Shown piece by piece: positions 47,953 to 57,642 of a DNA stretch of 64,000 bases (positions are counted from its first letter, which is position 1; each line of letters starts with the position of its first letter). Source of the DNA: an uncultured Acidobacteriota bacterium (GTDB taxonomy: Bacteria; Acidobacteriota; Thermoanaerobaculia; Multivoradales; SZUA-115); contig CAWDVR010000002.1 in assembly GCA_963805975.1 (NCBI GenBank), forward strand, positions 608,001-672,000. Reading direction: 5' to 3'. The notes beneath the pieces are model-generated. The model had not been told where the DNA came from, did not search any database, and saw nothing but the letters and a program-made list of their open reading frames with translations. A program made the translations under genes and the position numbers.

Positions 47953-50900
47953 TCAAGGGCGCGGCAACGACTTGTCCGGATACGGCGGCGGCGAGGGTAC
48001 CACCGGCGGCTGCTCGCGGATGAGCCGCTGCAAGTGCGCGACCGCGGCCTCGAGCTGCGCGTCGCGGCCGTCGAAGGTGGCCCGCGGCAGGTTCTCGACC
48101 ACGAGGTCCGGCTCGACGCCGTGGCCTTCGATCAACCACCGGCCTTCCGGCCCGTAGACGCCGAACTCCGCCGCCGAGGCGATGCCGTTGTCCACCAGCG
48201 TGTTGCTCGCGGTGAGCCAGATCTCCCCGCCCCAGGAGCGCGCGCCGATCACCTGCCCCAGCCCCAGCCGGCGGAAGCCTTCGGCGAACGCCTCGCCGTC
48301 CGAGGAGGTCCATTCGTTCATCAGCACCACGGCGTGCCCGGCAAAGGCAAATTGCATATTGCGGTAGGGCCAGCCGACCCGCGGCTGCCACCACATCCAC
48401 GCCTTGCGCACGAGCTGGCCCAGCACCCAACTGTCGATGCTGCCGCCGCGGTTGTGCCGCACGTCGATCACCAGGCCCTGGCGCTGGAAGACCGGGAAGA
48501 AGTGCCGCGCCCACTCACTGTAGTTGCCGCCGCCCATGGCCCGCAGGTGGACGTAGCCGATCTCGCCGCCGCCCAGCCGCTCGACCTCCTGGCGCCGGCT
48601 GAGCTCCCAGGCGTCGTAGCGCAGCTCGGTGGCACCCTTGGGGTCGAGCGGCTCGACGATCACCTCGCGCGGCTTGCCCGTCCCGCCGGGCGAGACGGCG
48701 AGCAGCACCTGCTTGCGCGCCTGGTTGCGCAGCAGGGCGCCGGCGTGCGGGGCGGAGAGCGCCGGCACGCCGTTGACGGCGAGGATCACGTCGCCTTCGC
48801 GCACCTCGACCCCCGGCCGCGCCAGAGGCGAGACCTCCTCGGGCACGTCCGGGTCGGCGGGATAGATCTCGACCACGCGCAGGCCGCCGGCCGCCTCGTC
48901 GCGCTCGAGCACCGCACCGAGCGAGGCGGGCTCGATCGGGTCCTCGCCCTTGCGGAGGTCGCCGCCGCTCACGTAGTGGTGGAGCGCCGAGAGCTCGCCG
49001 GTCATCTCGCCGAAGAGGTCGGAGAGCTCGGCGCGGTCCGCCACCCGCGCGAGAAGCGGCCGGTACTTGTCGAGCACGCCCTGCCAGCCGACGCCGTGCA
49101 TGCCGGGGTCGTAGAAGTAGTCCCGCAACAGGCGCCAGCTCTCGGTGAGCATCTGCCGCCATTCCTCCTGCGGATCGAGGAGGACCTTCCAGCCCGCGAG
49201 GTCCACGCGGTGCTCGGCGAGGTCGGCGATCGCCTCGGCGGTCGCGGGGCGGACGAAGAGCTCCTTGCCCTTGCGCAGCAGGAGCTTCTTGCCGTCGGCC
49301 GAGAGCTCGTAGTCGCCGAGGCCGGAGTGCAGGGTCTTGGGCTCCGCCCCCTCGCGCTTCACCGGCAGCACCACCAGCTCCTGCTCCTCGGACTCGGCCG
49401 CCGCCGAGAGGTAGAACAGCAGCTCGCCGTTGGTGGCGAGGGCACCGTAGTTGCCGGCCGGCGCGGGGGCGACGAACAGCCGCTCGGCCAGGCCCTCGGC
49501 GTCGATCTCGACGCGCACCTCGCTCGCCGAGGCTCTCTTGGCCGCGGCCTCGTCTTTCGCCTTCCCCGCTTCCGGCTGCGCGGCGGTGGTCAGCTCGTTG
49601 GGCGCGGCGAACGGCGAGTCGAGCCCGGCGCGGAGCGCCAGGAAGTAGATGCGGGTCTTGCGGTCGAGCCACGGGCTCGGCTGGTAGCTGCCCCACGGGC
49701 TCTGCGACACGGAGTTGAGCGTGCGGTTCGACAGGAAGTAGAGATAGCGGCCGTCCGGCGAGAAGACCGGGCTGAAGTTGTCGAAGCGGTCGCTGGTGGC
49801 GTCGAGACGGCGACCGGTTGCCACCTCGTAGAGGCGGATGCGGGTGAAGAAGTTCTCGGAGGGCACCCTGTAGGCCAGCCAGCGGCCGTCCGGCGACCAG
49901 GTGAAATCGAACACGTCGCCGAGCTCCGAGCGGTCCACCCGGCTGAGCTTCCGGCTCGCCACCTCCACCACCCACAGCTCCTGGTTCTTGTCGGTGAAGG
50001 CGATGCGCGCTCCGTCCGGCGAGGCCAGGCCGTCGAAGCGCAGCACGGTGCCGCCCTCGGTGAGCCGCCGCGGCGCTGCGAGGCCCCGCGCGTCGAGCGT
50101 CCAGACCTCCACCTCGCCGCTCTCGTCCGAGAGCACGGAGAGCGACTTGCCGTCCGGCAGGAAACGGGCGCTCCGGTAGCGCACGCCCGGCCGGCGGCTC
50201 GCCTCCACCAGCCGCCCGGCCTCGACCGGCACCACGAACACCTGTCCGCGGGCGGTCGCCACCACGCGGTCGCCGGAGGGCGAGAGGTGGGCGGCCGTCA
50301 AGTAATCCATGGGCTCGTCGAGCCAGCGCTCGCGCCGCTGGTCGAAGTCCGAGGCCAGGGTGATGGGGAGCAGCCGGTCCTCGCCCGTCGCGAGGTCCAG
50401 CAGGCGCAGGTCGGCGCCGAGCTGGTAGGCGACCCGGCCCGCAGACAGGCTGGGCGAGCGCAGGTCCCAGCCATGGTGGCGGGTGTGCTGGGTGAGCCCG
50501 GTGCCGTCCTCCTCCATGGACCACAGGTTCAGCGTGCCGTCGCGGTCGCTCGCGAAGTAGACCCGACCCTGCCACCACGAGGGCCAGCGGCTGGTGCCGG
50601 CGAAGTCGGCGGTGAGCGGCCGGGCCTCGCCGTCGCCCTCGGCAAAGCGCCAGAGGTTCTGCGCCGTACCTCCGCGGTAGCGCTTGGTGAAGCTCGGCTG
50701 CGGCGAGAAGCGGGTGAAGAAGAGGGTCTTTCCGCTCGGCTCGTAGGCGGCCTCGCTCGCCTGCGCGAGCGGCAGCAGGCGCTCCGCCAGCGTCTTCGGG
50801 TCGACGATCACGAGCTGGTAGTTGGGCAGGGTCGAGAAGTGGCGCGTCGTGTAGATCACCTCGCCGGCCGGCGTCCAGCCGGCCACGTGCGCCGTCTCTC

Positions 50901-51231
50901 CCAGCCAGGTGAGACGCTTGGGGAGGCCGCCCGCGAGCGGCATCACGTAGACCTCCGTCGCCCCTTCGTAGTCCGCGGAGAACGCGACCTGGGTGCCGTC
51001 CGGCGAGATCGCGGCCCGGGTCTCCTGGCCCAGGTGCGTGGTCAGCCGCCGTGCCTCGCCGCCCTCGGTGCTCACGGTCCACAAATCGCCCTCGGCCGTA
51101 AAGACCACGGTCGCCCCGTGCAAGGCCGGAAAGCGGTAGTAGCCGGCCGGCTCGGAGCCAGCGGGCTCGGGAGCGGCGGCCACAGGGAGGGCCGAGAGAA
51201 GACTGACTACCAGAACCGCTCGCCAACGCAT
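47953..51231 (-). CDS. Tricorn-like protease (S41)
   Basis: Signal peptide, WD40/PD40 propellers, PDZ domain, IDVRHNRGG, SSDGE and EGHGVEPD. Confidence 0.93.
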   Translation of the reverse strand: MRWRAVLVVSLLSALPVAAAPEPAGSEPAGYYRFPALHGATVVFTAEGDLWTVSTEGGEARRLTTHLGQETRAAISPDGTQVAFSADYEGATEVYVMPLAGGLPKRLTWLGETAHVAGWTPAGEVIYTTRHFSTLPNYQLVIVDPKTLAERLLPLAQASEAAYEPSGKTLFFTRFSPQPSFTKRYRGGTAQNLWRFAEGDGEARPLTADFAGTSRWPSWWQGRVYFASDRDGTLNLWSMEEDGTGLTQHTRHHGWDLRSPSLSAGRVAYQLGADLRLLDLATGEDRLLPITLASDFDQRRERWLDEPMDYLTAAHLSPSGDRVVATARGQVFVVPVEAGRLVEASRRPGVRYRSARFLPDGKSLSVLSDESGEVEVWTLDARGLAAPRRLTEGGTVLRFDGLASPDGARIAFTDKNQELWVVEVASRKLSRVDRSELGDVFDFTWSPDGRWLAYRVPSENFFTRIRLYEVATGRRLDATSDRFDNFSPVFSPDGRYLYFLSNRTLNSVSQSPWGSYQPSPWLDRKTRIYFLALRAGLDSPFAAPNELTTAAQPEAGKAKDEAAAKRASASEVRVEIDAEGLAERLFVAPAPAGNYGALATNGELLFYLSAAAESEEQELVVLPVKREGAEPKTLHSGLGDYELSADGKKLLLRKGKELFVRPATAEAIADLAEHRVDLAGWKVLLDPQEEWRQMLTESWRLLRDYFYDPGMHGVGWQGVLDKYRPLLARVADRAELSDLFGEMTGELSALHHYVSGGDLRKGEDPIEPASLGAVLERDEAAGGLRVVEIYPADPDVPEEVSPLARPGVEVREGDVILAVNGVPALSAPHAGALLRNQARKQVLLAVSPGGTGKPREVIVEPLDPKGATELRYDAWELSRRQEVERLGGGEIGYVHLRAMGGGNYSEWARHFFPVFQRQGLVIDVRHNRGGSIDSWVLGQLVRKAWMWWQPRVGWPYRNMQFAFAGHAVVLMNEWTSSDGEAFAEGFRRLGLGQVIGARSWGGEIWLTASNTLVDNGIASAAEFGVYGPEGRWLIEGHGVEPDLVVENLPRATFDGRDAQLEAAVAHLQRLIREQPPVVPSPPPYPDKSLPRP

Positions 51232-51389
51232 GCGATCAATCCTCCCAAACCCGCCAGGAACAACCCTTGCCAATTGGGCGCCGCCCACGACCAAGCGTAC
51301 GACAAATGTAGGTGCAGGTTTCGCGTGCGGGGTTGAGTGCCGGACGCAAGGAGCCCAAGGTGGGCCCACGCCTGAGCTACACTGGCCCG

Positions 51390-51650
51390 ATGCAGAAGAG
51401 AGCTGCGCTCCACACCTTGGTCGACGAGCTCCCCGAGGGTGAGCTGGTCACTGCCGAGAGGTTCCTCGACTATCTCCGCTCCCGAGCGCAAGAACGGCTC
51501 GAGGTTCATCTGGCAGAGGCTCCCCTCGACGACGAGCCGGTGACCGGCGACGACTTGGCGGCGATTCGTGAAGGCCGAGACCAAGTCGAGCACGGCGAGG
51601 TCGTCTCCCACGAAGAGGTCAAGCGCCGCATCCTGGGCTCGGCTCGGTGA
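51390..51650 (+). CDS. Putative antitoxin
   Basis: LHTLVDELPE...DDEP....AIREG......G..VSHEEVK; GTGA overlap with the toxin gene. Confidence 0.75.
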   Translation: MQKRAALHTLVDELPEGELVTAERFLDYLRSRAQERLEVHLAEAPLDDEPVTGDDLAAIREGRDQVEHGEVVSHEEVKRRILGSAR

Positions 51651-51904
51651 ATCAGGAGGCTCGTTGGACCAAGCGAGCCCTCAAGGAGCTCGAGACGCTC
51701 GATCGCCGCCTTCAGGAACGCATCCTCGGCGCGCTGGATCGCCTGGTGTCCGAGGCTCGCGGTGACACGCGCCGCTTGCAGGGAATGGCCGAAGCCGTCT
51801 ATCGGCTGCGGGTGGGAGACTGGCGAGTGATCTTCACCCGTGACCAGGACGGGGCCATTCTCGTGCTTCGGGTGCGGCCCCGCGGCTCGGCCTACGAGCC
51901 GTAG
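51647..51904 (+). CDS. RelE/ParE family toxin
   Basis: A.KEL..L, YRLRVGDWRVIF and RGSAY. Confidence 0.88.
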   Translation: MNQEARWTKRALKELETLDRRLQERILGALDRLVSEARGDTRRLQGMAEAVYRLRVGDWRVIFTRDQDGAILVLRVRPRGSAYEP

Positions 51905-53015
51905 ACGCCTTCACGCTCGCCCGCTCCACCGGCAGCGAGGTGCGGGCGAGGAGCGGATGGGGAGCCCGCTCGCGACCCTGGTAGCGCGGCGCTACCTCGT
52001 CGTCGCGGATCACCTCGTCGAGGTTCTCGATCGTCAGGTAGCCCAGCTCGTGCAGGTACTCGACGTGCGCCCCGGCCTCGGAGAGGGCGAGCATGGCTCC
52101 ATAGCCCTGCTGCGCGCCGAAGAGATGGCGGGAGATTTCGCTCACCGTCGACGGCAAGCCATGGCAGGTCTCGAAGACCTGCCGCAGCCGCCGCTCGTGG
52201 TGGGCCAGGGTCTCGGCCACCCGCTCGGTGATGCGTGGGATCGGCGCCTCGTGGCCGCCCAGGCCGAGAGCGAAGTCCCCCCAGGCGAGGAGCTTCTCGA
52301 GCGAGCGAAAATAGTTCTCGAGCCCCATGAACGGCGTGATGCTCTGCGGGCGCTGCACCGGCGTGATGCGGGCGAGGAGGTGGTCGGCAGTGAGCAGCAC
52401 GTCGTCGACCGCCAGGCAGATCATCCCCGGGCAGTGCCCCGGCACGTGGAGCACCCGCCAGCCGGGGCCCACCCGGTCGCCATTGAGGAGCCGGCGGTCG
52501 GGCTCGAGATCGGGGAACAGGTCCTTGTTCTCCCGGTAGAGGGTGATGAGCCCCTCCACCTCGCCGCGGTCGAGCCCGGTCTGCAGCAGGTAGTGGCGAA
52601 AGTCCCGCGTCGCGAGCAGGAAACGCTCACGGAAGCCCTCGATGGCGCGGGCGTCGAGCTCGTGGATCGAGATCGGCGTGCCGCGCTCCGCGAAGGCGTG
52701 AGCGCCGCCGAAGTGGTCGATATGGGCGTGCGAGAGGACCAGCTCGGCCAAGCCCTCCAGCCGGGTGCGGACCCCGAAGCGCTCGCCGATCTCCTCGAAC
52801 CGGGCCGCGAGCTGGCCTCGCGCCGCCTGGTCGCCGGAGGCGGCGTCGAAGAGCAGCGGGTGCTCCGGGTGATCGACCAGATAGAGGTTGTTGACGTGGC
52901 CGAAGAAGGTCTCGACCGGCAGCAGGTAGATGCGCGTCCCCGCCGCGGTCACGATCTCCGCGGCCGAAGACGGGCGGCCCTTGGCGTCGGCGGAAAAGGC
53001 GCTGATGGTGGCCAA
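51834..53015 (-). CDS. Metallo-beta-lactamase fold hydrolase
   Basis: SHAHIDHFG, PGHCPG, ADH and GHE; C-terminal wHTH-like EAGAHVEYL. TTG start after GAGGA is inferred. Confidence 0.85.
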   Translation of the reverse strand: MATISAFSADAKGRPSSAAEIVTAAGTRIYLLPVETFFGHVNNLYLVDHPEHPLLFDAASGDQAARGQLAARFEEIGERFGVRTRLEGLAELVLSHAHIDHFGGAHAFAERGTPISIHELDARAIEGFRERFLLATRDFRHYLLQTGLDRGEVEGLITLYRENKDLFPDLEPDRRLLNGDRVGPGWRVLHVPGHCPGMICLAVDDVLLTADHLLARITPVQRPQSITPFMGLENYFRSLEKLLAWGDFALGLGGHEAPIPRITERVAETLAHHERRLRQVFETCHGLPSTVSEISRHLFGAQQGYGAMLALSEAGAHVEYLHELGYLTIENLDEVIRDDEVAPRYQGRERAPHPLLARTSLPVERASVKASTARRPSRGAAPEAREWPRPGHG

Positions 53016-53057
53016 GGGAAGGCGATCCTCGGGGACGGAGTCTACAGGCCCCGTGGG

Positions 53058-53083
53058 GATCCTTCGCTTCGCTCCGGATGACA
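53058..53083. repeat. Single REP-like unit related to 11306-11368
   Basis: gatccttcgcttcgctccggatgaca. Confidence 0.65.
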
Positions 53084-53185
53084 AGGGGTATCTAATACCG
53101 CCGCCCCTCTCGAACGTCAGAAGGAGCAGGAGCTCGGCAGGTTCCGCGCGCCGCGGGGCCGTTTTCCGGGCTATGGAGCCAACCC

Positions 53186-56100
53186 ATGACTCGTCGGCAC
53201 GCTGTTTCGCCTCGGTTCGTCGCCCTCTGGCTCGGTCTCGTCCTCTGTGCGGTGTCACCGCTCACCGCTGCACCCACGGGCTGGCGCCCGCTGGGCCCGG
53301 CACTGATCCTCGATGGGCAGGCATGGGAGGGGCGGGTGCCGGTGACCGGCCGCATCAACGTGGTAGCCCCCAACCCGATGAACCCCCTGGGCGACATCTG
53401 GATCGGCTCGGCCGGCGGCGGCGCCTGGCGCGGTTCGATCATGCCGGTGGTCCACTGGCAGCCGATGACCGACCAGGCCCCCACCCTCGCAGTGGGCGAC
53501 ATCCAGCTCGACTCCTGCGACACCGAGCACTGCGCCACTGTCTGGATCGGCACCGGCGAGAACGGCATCCGCCGCGACACCCAGCACGGCCGCGGTGTGC
53601 TCAAGGGGACCTGGAGCCCGGCCCATGCGGACTACGGCTGGGCGCTCCTGGGCGAGGAGGTCTTCTCCTACGGCAACGTGTCGCGGCTGCTGCTCGACCC
53701 CACCACCGCGGACGGGCCCAATAAGCGCCTCTGGGTGGCCCTGTCGAGCGGCGTCACCAGCAACGCCACGCACTCGACGGTCACCACCAAACCTTTGGGC
53801 GCTCTCGGGATCTGGCGCTCCGGGAACGCCGGCACCACCTGGAAGAACGTGCTCGATGTAGGCGCCGAGGCCACGGACCTCGAGATCGACCCGCAGGACG
53901 CGCGGGTCCTCTTCGCCGGCTTCCGTGGCCAAGGCCTCTACCGCTCCGTCGACAGCGGTGACAACTGGGAACCGATCCACAACGGCATCCCGCCGGCGCT
54001 CCTCGCCGCGGCGGACTGGCCGGAGATCGCCGTCCACCGGGCTCCCAGCGACGCGCGGGCGATCCTGTACGTGGTGCTGGGAAGCTGCCCGCACCCGCAC
54101 GAGAAGCAGGCCCTCGGCTACTGCTCCCCGGCCGTCTATCGCTCCACGACGTCCGGCGACTCCTGGACCGAGGTGAAGCCGGCCCTCGACCCGCCGCCCG
54201 AGCACGGCGCGCCGCTCACCTCCTACACCTCGTACACGCACGCGCTGACCATCCATCCCACGGACCCGGACCGGCTCTGGTACGGCGGTATCAACCTCTA
54301 CCGCTCGACCGACGGCGGCCAGAGCTGGGAGACAGTCGGCAGGAACAAGCTCCACCCCGACCATCACCAACTGGTGATCGTCCCCACCAAGGAGCTGGTG
54401 GGCGGCTATGCCTTCCTGGACGTGAGCGACGGCGGCTTCTTCGTGGGCGACGGCGACAAGCAGTGGAACGGCACCTTCCAGCACGGGCTGGCGGTGACGC
54501 AGGTCCAGTCCCTCTCGGCGCTCGGGAGCACGCTCCTCGCCGGTACGCAGGACAACGGCAGCAACCTCTTTCTGGGCGCCGGCATCTGGCAGCACATGGA
54601 TGACGGCGGCGCGGCCTCGACGCTGATCGACCTCGACACCGGCGACACATTCTTCTCCACCTTCGTCGGCGTCTCTCCGCGGCGGTCGGCCCACCCCGGT
54701 CTCGGCTGGTACCAGTGGCCGGAGATCGCCGGCGACCCCGGCCTCAGCAGCGCCCTGCCGGTGAGCCCGCACGTCTCCTGGTACCCGCCCTTCGTCCAGG
54801 ACCCGAGCGCGGTCGAGGGCCAGCACCCCCTCTACTTCGCGGCCGAGGACCTCTATCGCAACGTGAGCGGCGGCGGCGACCCGGCCATGGAGCCGGGCTG
54901 GGCGCCGGTGACCCCGCCCGGGCTCGGCGGCCTGGCCCCGATCCCCGAGCTCGCCGGCATCCACAACCCGATCACCGCGGTCGCCGTGGCGCCGTCGAGC
55001 TCCAACCGCCTCTACGTGGGCTACTACGACGGCAGGCTGGTGACCACGGAAAGCGCCCTGGCGAAAGAGCCCAAGTGGGTGCCGGCCGATGCCGGACTGC
55101 CGGCCCGGCCGGTGGCGGCGATCGCCGTCGCTCCCATGGACCCGACCTCGGTGCTGGTCGCCTTCGAGGGCTTCGGGGAGCACTCGCTCTACCGCAGCAA
55201 GGACGCCGGCCAGAGCTGGGCGCCGTTCGACGACTCGGCCGATTCGACGCTCGCCGGACGGCCGATCCACGCGGTGGTGATCGAGCCCGGCCCGGTGCCG
55301 CAGATCTGGATCGGCACGGAGGACGGCGTCTACACCCGGCCGAGCTTCGATCCCGCCGACGTCTTCGTCAAGAACCTCGGGCTGCCGAACGTGCCGGTCT
55401 ACGACCTCGAGATGCTGCCGGAGGGCGAGGCCTTCTTCGCCGCCACCCACGGCCGCGGCGTGTGGATGCTCGCCAAGGAGCCCCGGGCCGAGGTCCTGCT
55501 CGAGGACTGCTGCACCTCTTCCGGCGTCTACGATCCCAGGCCGTTCGTCGCCGTGTCGGCGGCGGGCTTCGACCCGGGCAAGTCGTGCTCGCTGGCGCTC
55601 TGGGCCGGCACCACACCCTGCGGCACCTCCGCCTTCGACGCCCGCGGCGCCGCGATCTCGACCGACGACCGCGGCTTCCTGGTCTCGACGAGCACCGGCA
55701 ACTTCGAGGACCGGGCCTTGGCCTGGGCCTGCTACGAGGGCTTCTGCGCCGGCGGCCTCGACTACTCCACCTGTCCGGTGAGCGCGGTCCACATCAAGTG
55801 CGGCGACCGCGAGGCCGGCTCCGCCGTGCGCGTGCCCCAGGAGAAGCTCGACCCGGCCTCCACATTGCTCTCCTTCCGGCCGTGGCACAACGCCGGGACG
55901 CTCCACGTCAAGGCCGTGCTGAAGCGGAGCACCGGCCCGTCCGAGGTGCTCTGCGAGGTGACGACCGGCTACGCGGAGGGTGAGGCCGGGGCCAGTGTCC
56001 TCGGCCGGGTGGCGGAGCAGTTCAACTTCTTCGCGGACTGCGGGCGAACCGGCCTCCAGGCATACCTCCTGGACCGCGTCCCCGCCGGCACCCGGGAGGA

Positions 56101-56557
56101 CGAGGTGCCGGCCCCCGCCCGCCTCGGCCTGCGCGCGCCGCTCGTCACCGGCGTGCAGCTCATCACCGAGGTAAGGCTCTCGGGGCCCGGCACGATCGGG
56201 ATCAGCGCCTTCGGCGACCTCCGCCACGGCAGCGAGGTGGTGCCGCGCGTCACCGTCACTGGCAACGCGACCGGCGGCCAGCTCATCTTCCGCACCGCTT
56301 CGCCCCTCGGCCGATACAACCTGGCGGTCGACACCGAGGTGGGCGCCACCGGCTTTCAGGTCGCCACCTCGATCCACGACGGCATGACCGGCCGCGACAC
56401 CGGCGGCGGCCTGCCCATCGGCGGCGTCGGCGGCCCGCCCAAGAAAGCCTACGCCGGAGTGCAGACCGACCAGGCCGTGGACCTGCCGCACGTCGACGCG
56501 ATCGAGGTGGAGAGCCTCGACGCCGGCCTCACGCTGACCCTCGGCAGCGGCTGGTAG
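53186..56557 (+). CDS. Large secreted BNR/Asp-box beta-propeller protein with an uncharacterised C-terminal region
   Basis: Signal peptide, TGRIN, Asp-boxes (RSVDSGDNW, RSTDGGQSW, RSKDAGQSW), GTQDNG and ATHGRGVW. Confidence 0.8.
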   Translation: MTRRHAVSPRFVALWLGLVLCAVSPLTAAPTGWRPLGPALILDGQAWEGRVPVTGRINVVAPNPMNPLGDIWIGSAGGGAWRGSIMPVVHWQPMTDQAPTLAVGDIQLDSCDTEHCATVWIGTGENGIRRDTQHGRGVLKGTWSPAHADYGWALLGEEVFSYGNVSRLLLDPTTADGPNKRLWVALSSGVTSNATHSTVTTKPLGALGIWRSGNAGTTWKNVLDVGAEATDLEIDPQDARVLFAGFRGQGLYRSVDSGDNWEPIHNGIPPALLAAADWPEIAVHRAPSDARAILYVVLGSCPHPHEKQALGYCSPAVYRSTTSGDSWTEVKPALDPPPEHGAPLTSYTSYTHALTIHPTDPDRLWYGGINLYRSTDGGQSWETVGRNKLHPDHHQLVIVPTKELVGGYAFLDVSDGGFFVGDGDKQWNGTFQHGLAVTQVQSLSALGSTLLAGTQDNGSNLFLGAGIWQHMDDGGAASTLIDLDTGDTFFSTFVGVSPRRSAHPGLGWYQWPEIAGDPGLSSALPVSPHVSWYPPFVQDPSAVEGQHPLYFAAEDLYRNVSGGGDPAMEPGWAPVTPPGLGGLAPIPELAGIHNPITAVAVAPSSSNRLYVGYYDGRLVTTESALAKEPKWVPADAGLPARPVAAIAVAPMDPTSVLVAFEGFGEHSLYRSKDAGQSWAPFDDSADSTLAGRPIHAVVIEPGPVPQIWIGTEDGVYTRPSFDPADVFVKNLGLPNVPVYDLEMLPEGEAFFAATHGRGVWMLAKEPRAEVLLEDCCTSSGVYDPRPFVAVSAAGFDPGKSCSLALWAGTTPCGTSAFDARGAAISTDDRGFLVSTSTGNFEDRALAWACYEGFCAGGLDYSTCPVSAVHIKCGDREAGSAVRVPQEKLDPASTLLSFRPWHNAGTLHVKAVLKRSTGPSEVLCEVTTGYAEGEAGASVLGRVAEQFNFFADCGRTGLQAYLLDRVPAGTREDEVPAPARLGLRAPLVTGVQLITEVRLSGPGTIGISAFGDLRHGSEVVPRVTVTGNATGGQLIFRTASPLGRYNLAVDTEVGATGFQVATSIHDGMTGRDTGGGLPIGGVGGPPKKAYAGVQTDQAVDLPHVDAIEVESLDAGLTLTLGSGW

Positions 56558-56706
56558 GAAAGGCGAGGGCTTCCCGGCCGGCAGCGATTTCCGGGCCCTC
56601 CGGCTCCCGGGCCTGCCGGCAGGCCCGGTTCCACGGCAGCCCGGCCCGGGGGGCGCCCTGGCCCAGGGGTTGCTCGGAGCACTGGCATCCGCGAAGGGAG
56701 AATGCC

Positions 56707-57267
56707 ATGCGCAAACCGAGAAACTTGAGCCTCCCCAGCACCGGCTGGGCCGTCGTCCTCGCCCTTGTCCTCGCCGCCGCCCTGCCCGTGCAGGCTCACG
56801 GCGAGCGGTTCCGGGCCACCCTGGTGGACATGCAGGAGGGTGAGAACGACCCGATCTTGATCTACATCGAGCAGTACTCGAGCGACGAAGAGGTCGCCAA
56901 GCTCCGGGGCATCCTCGCCGAGAAAGGGCCGGAGGCGCTGAGCGACGCCCTGTGGGACTACGAGAAGGGCTACATCCGCATCGGCGGCGGCCTCGGCTAC
57001 CCGATCGCCGCGGCGCGCACCCGAGACACGGACAGCGGCCGTGTGGTCCGCATCATGATCGACCGCGCCATCTCCTTCCGCGAGCTGGCGAGGAACGCGC
57101 GGAGCCTCGACTACCCGTTCAGCTACATCGAGCTGACGCTCGACGAGAGCGGCAAGGGGGAAGGGAAGATGTACGCGGCGGCGCAGGTGAAGCTCGAAAA
57201 CGGCGGGGTCGAGATCGAGAGCTACACCGCCCAGCCGCTGCGGCTGCTCAACGTGCAGATGGAGTGA
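56707..57267 (+). CDS. Secreted hypothetical protein
   Basis: GGGAGA RBS, signal peptide, strong GC3 codon bias and RSLDYPF motif. Confidence 0.75.
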   Translation: MRKPRNLSLPSTGWAVVLALVLAAALPVQAHGERFRATLVDMQEGENDPILIYIEQYSSDEEVAKLRGILAEKGPEALSDALWDYEKGYIRIGGGLGYPIAAARTRDTDSGRVVRIMIDRAISFRELARNARSLDYPFSYIELTLDESGKGEGKMYAAAQVKLENGGVEIESYTAQPLRLLNVQME

Positions 57268-57303
57268 GAGCGCGCCGCGGCGGACTGCCAACCGGCAGCG
57301 ACC

Positions 57304-57561
57304 TCAGGCAGTGGTCGAGCTCGGCGGCGGGCTGCCGTCGTCCGGATGGTAGACGGTGTGCCACGAGACCTCGCCGCACTGCGGGCACAGCATCAGGCGG
57401 CGCGGCCTGCCTGCCGCCTTCCAGCGGATGCCGCCCGCGTCCCAGACCGACCTCTCGAAGCCGCACCGGCAGCGGATCATCCACCGGTGGGAGTCTGCTT
57501 CCATCGACCGCGCCCAGCTCGCCGGCAGCAGGGCCGTGAAGAACCTTTGTATGGAGCTCAT
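57304..57561 (-). CDS. Small Zn-ribbon-like hypothetical protein
   Basis: CRC...GGIRWKA...CPQC; AGGAAGGGG RBS. Confidence 0.7.
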   Translation of the reverse strand: MSSIQRFFTALLPASWARSMEADSHRWMIRCRCGFERSVWDAGGIRWKAAGRPRRLMLCPQCGEVSWHTVYHPDDGSPPPSSTTA

Positions 57562-57642
57562 CGTGCCCGCCCCTTCCTGACTGGCTTCGAGTCTCGGAAT
57601 CCTACATTGGCGCTGCTAGAGTCGACTGCGTCGGAGGTCCGC

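Noticed and set aside
56560-56706. Riboswitch upstream of the secreted hypothetical gene
   Set aside because: Only generic GC-rich stems and a short tggcat/atgcca pairing; no recognisable aptamer consensus.
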